From positions 1,504,001 through 1,568,000 of the forward strand of contig OZ244653.1 in NCBI GenBank assembly GCA_965218795.1: DNA of 64,000 nt, given 5' to 3'. Every line of letters begins with the position of its first letter. Position 1 is the first letter of the stretch. Source of the stretch: a bacterium. GTDB lineage: Bacteria > UBA8248 > JACPRG01 > G963555815. The notes under the pieces are model-generated. The model was not told where the DNA came from, made no database searches, and saw only the letters and a list, made by a program, of their open reading frames with translations. Of the stretch, positions 62,123 to 64,000 are shown one piece after another. The position numbers and the translations under genes were made by a program.

Positions 62123-62332
62123 TCACTTTGTGTGCACCTTAAGAGGGAGAAGAGTGGAATGATTCACATTCAAAGCTCCGGATAGATGTAAAGAACTTAG
62201 TTGCGCCACCGCATCCTTCACGCTGAACATGGGCCTGAACGCATTCAAAATCACCCCCGCGGCAAGAACGGCCAGGATGAAGATAACCGACTTCTGCAAC
62301 TTTATTTCATGTCTGATCACGTTATCTTTCAT
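62123..62332 (-). CDS. Small single-TM/secreted hypothetical protein
   Basis: MKDNVIRHEIKLQKSVIFILAVLAAGVILNA; purine-rich RBS; lower GC. Confidence 0.5.
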   Translation of the reverse strand: MKDNVIRHEIKLQKSVIFILAVLAAGVILNAFRPMFSVKDAVAQLSSLHLSGALNVNHSTLLPLKVHTK

Positions 62333-62764
62333 GGTTTTCTCCCTTAAAACAGGTTGTAACCTTGTCACTCCTCCATCAACTCCAAAACCCAATCCATGAC
62401 TCGAAGGGTATCGGGGGAAAAAGCGTTATTTTAGGGGGAGTGGGGACCTTCTTGTATGGAGGGACGGGTCAATCAGTTTTGGAATTACTTGCCATTATGG
62501 GATAATTACATAACGAAGATTGAGATGCCACTACATGTTGTGGTTAGCCCAAAACACAACATCTTATGGTCTGTTCCGTCAAGTATATAACCGCGAAAAA
62601 ATCAGAGGGCCAGTTTCGGCCCTGTTCATGGGCCCTGGCGTGCCGGCCATTTTGCGGATACAATTTTGTGACAGATTCCAGTCTTAGAGGCGGCCCCGCG
62701 GGCAAACCCCAAAGACCGCTGTCCGCGAGGCCGGTCAAACAATAAACAATAAAGGAGACGTCCC

Positions 62765-63568
62765 ATGATTCGCAGGGAATGGAATGGTGACTTTGTCGTC
62801 ATCACCCAGCCCGAGCACGCTCGGCTTTCGGGGGTCCTCGCGGAACCCTGGGGCGCCGGCGAGTTCGTCCGTCCCGAACCCTGGGATGAAGTTCTCCTCG
62901 CGACGTACGAGCACGACGGCGGCTGGGTGGAATGGGAGGAACGGCCTACCCTGGACGCCGACCATCTCCTGACCAACTTCAACGGAACGACCCCCGAAGT
63001 CACCATCGACAACTTCCGGCGCGGTGTGCAGAAGGTCTACGACAAGGGACGCCCCTATGCGGCCGCTCTGGTCAGCCGCCACGCGGCCAACGTCTATGAG
63101 CTCATCCTCCGGATCCGCGCCTTGGAACCGAAAGACGCGCCCAAGTACGAGGCCTACATCGAAGAGCTGGAAGCCGGTCAGGCGGAGATCTTCCGCGAAC
63201 TGGCCGACCAGCCGAAATTCGAGCAAGCGGTGGCAAAGGAGAATTTCCACCGCAACGGCCGATTCCTGACGGTGCTGGATTTGCTCGCCCTCATCCTGTG
63301 CAACGGGTGGACGCACCTCGACCACATGGCGGAGGTTCCCATCGGAATCGATACGTTTGGCGAGGTGGGCGTGAAATGGTCGGACCCGGGCGGTCCGAAG
63401 GGATTATGTCTCGAGGTGACGCCCTGGCCCTATCCCCTTGATTCTCTGGAAACCTCCGTCGCGGGCTGCCGCATTCCGGGGCATCCATTCGATTCGGAAG
63501 AGGATCTCCACGCCGCGCTGCGGGAGGCCCCGCCGGTCGAGATAAACTTCCGCCTGATCCCCGGCTGA
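62765..63568 (+). CDS. DUF3891-family protein
   Basis: ITQPEHARLSG.LA..WG, HDGGW, LVSRH, PWP; RBS AAGGAG. Confidence 0.8.
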   Translation: MIRREWNGDFVVITQPEHARLSGVLAEPWGAGEFVRPEPWDEVLLATYEHDGGWVEWEERPTLDADHLLTNFNGTTPEVTIDNFRRGVQKVYDKGRPYAAALVSRHAANVYELILRIRALEPKDAPKYEAYIEELEAGQAEIFRELADQPKFEQAVAKENFHRNGRFLTVLDLLALILCNGWTHLDHMAEVPIGIDTFGEVGVKWSDPGGPKGLCLEVTPWPYPLDSLETSVAGCRIPGHPFDSEEDLHAALREAPPVEINFRLIPG

Positions 63569-63715
63569 GCTCGACTGCCTGATTTGCCTTTGGCCGTTCG
63601 ACTTGAAAGCCCGTTGGCCGACCGGGATTATCTGGATGGCGGCCGATCGACGGCTGAAGGGAAAAACCGCGCCCTCCGCCCGGGGGGGGCTTCACCTTGT
63701 GAGGATCGCGGCAAA

Positions 63716-64000
63716 ATGAACGACCTTGCGGCCAAAGGCCGAAAGCGGGCCATTGTCATAGGCGGCAGCTTTGCGGGATTGATGGCGGCCCGGGTCCTGA
63801 GCGATCACTTCGCGCAGGTCACGATCCTTGAACGCGACAAAACCCATGACCGGCCGGAAGCGCGCAAGGGGCAACCCCAGGTTCGTCACGTGCACGGCCT
63901 GCTGCCCAACGGACTTCGCCTGCTGACCCGGTACTTCCCCGATTTGCCCGACGGCATGCGCGGGGGCGGCTCCAAAATCACCGATATGGGAGCCGCAATC
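63716..64000 (+). CDS. Partial FAD-dependent oxidoreductase/monooxygenase
   Basis: AIVIGGSFAGLMAARVL..VTILERD..RKGQPQ.RHVHGLL; open to window end. Confidence 0.85.
   Translation, partial: MNDLAAKGRKRAIVIGGSFAGLMAARVLSDHFAQVTILERDKTHDRPEARKGQPQVRHVHGLLPNGLRLLTRYFPDLPDGMRGGGSKITDMGAAI

Overview
GC-rich bacterial window dominated by solute uptake and catabolism. It holds a ProXWV-type ABC system, an alpha-glucan phosphorylase, two Liv-type ABC operons, three xanthine-oxidase-family Mo large subunits with no FAD or 2Fe-2S partners in the window, a DMSO-reductase-family enzyme, a B12 reductive dehalogenase, several C-N hydrolases and a small TA/defence patch (HepT remnant, vapBC, ABC-ATPase-TOPRIM gene). 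Three things stand out. (1) A ~14 kb co-oriented cluster (33.2-47.4 kb) contains a three-domain single-chain Rid protein, two DUF1989 proteins (one with a ribbon-helix-helix-like tail), an unlisted 53-aa RHH-like gene, AzlCD, a nucleoside-type ABC importer and two Mo-hydroxylases; this may be an undescribed N-heterocycle/amidine pathway. (2) A 4.3 kb element (6363-10668) has chimeric 588/716 bp inverted arms enclosing a zinc cargo in which the importer is deleted and the exporter is intact. (3) Several short repeat families bracket single genes, and several genes carry single lesions. No rRNA, tRNA or CRISPR array was seen. All family calls come from motif recognition by eye, not database searches.
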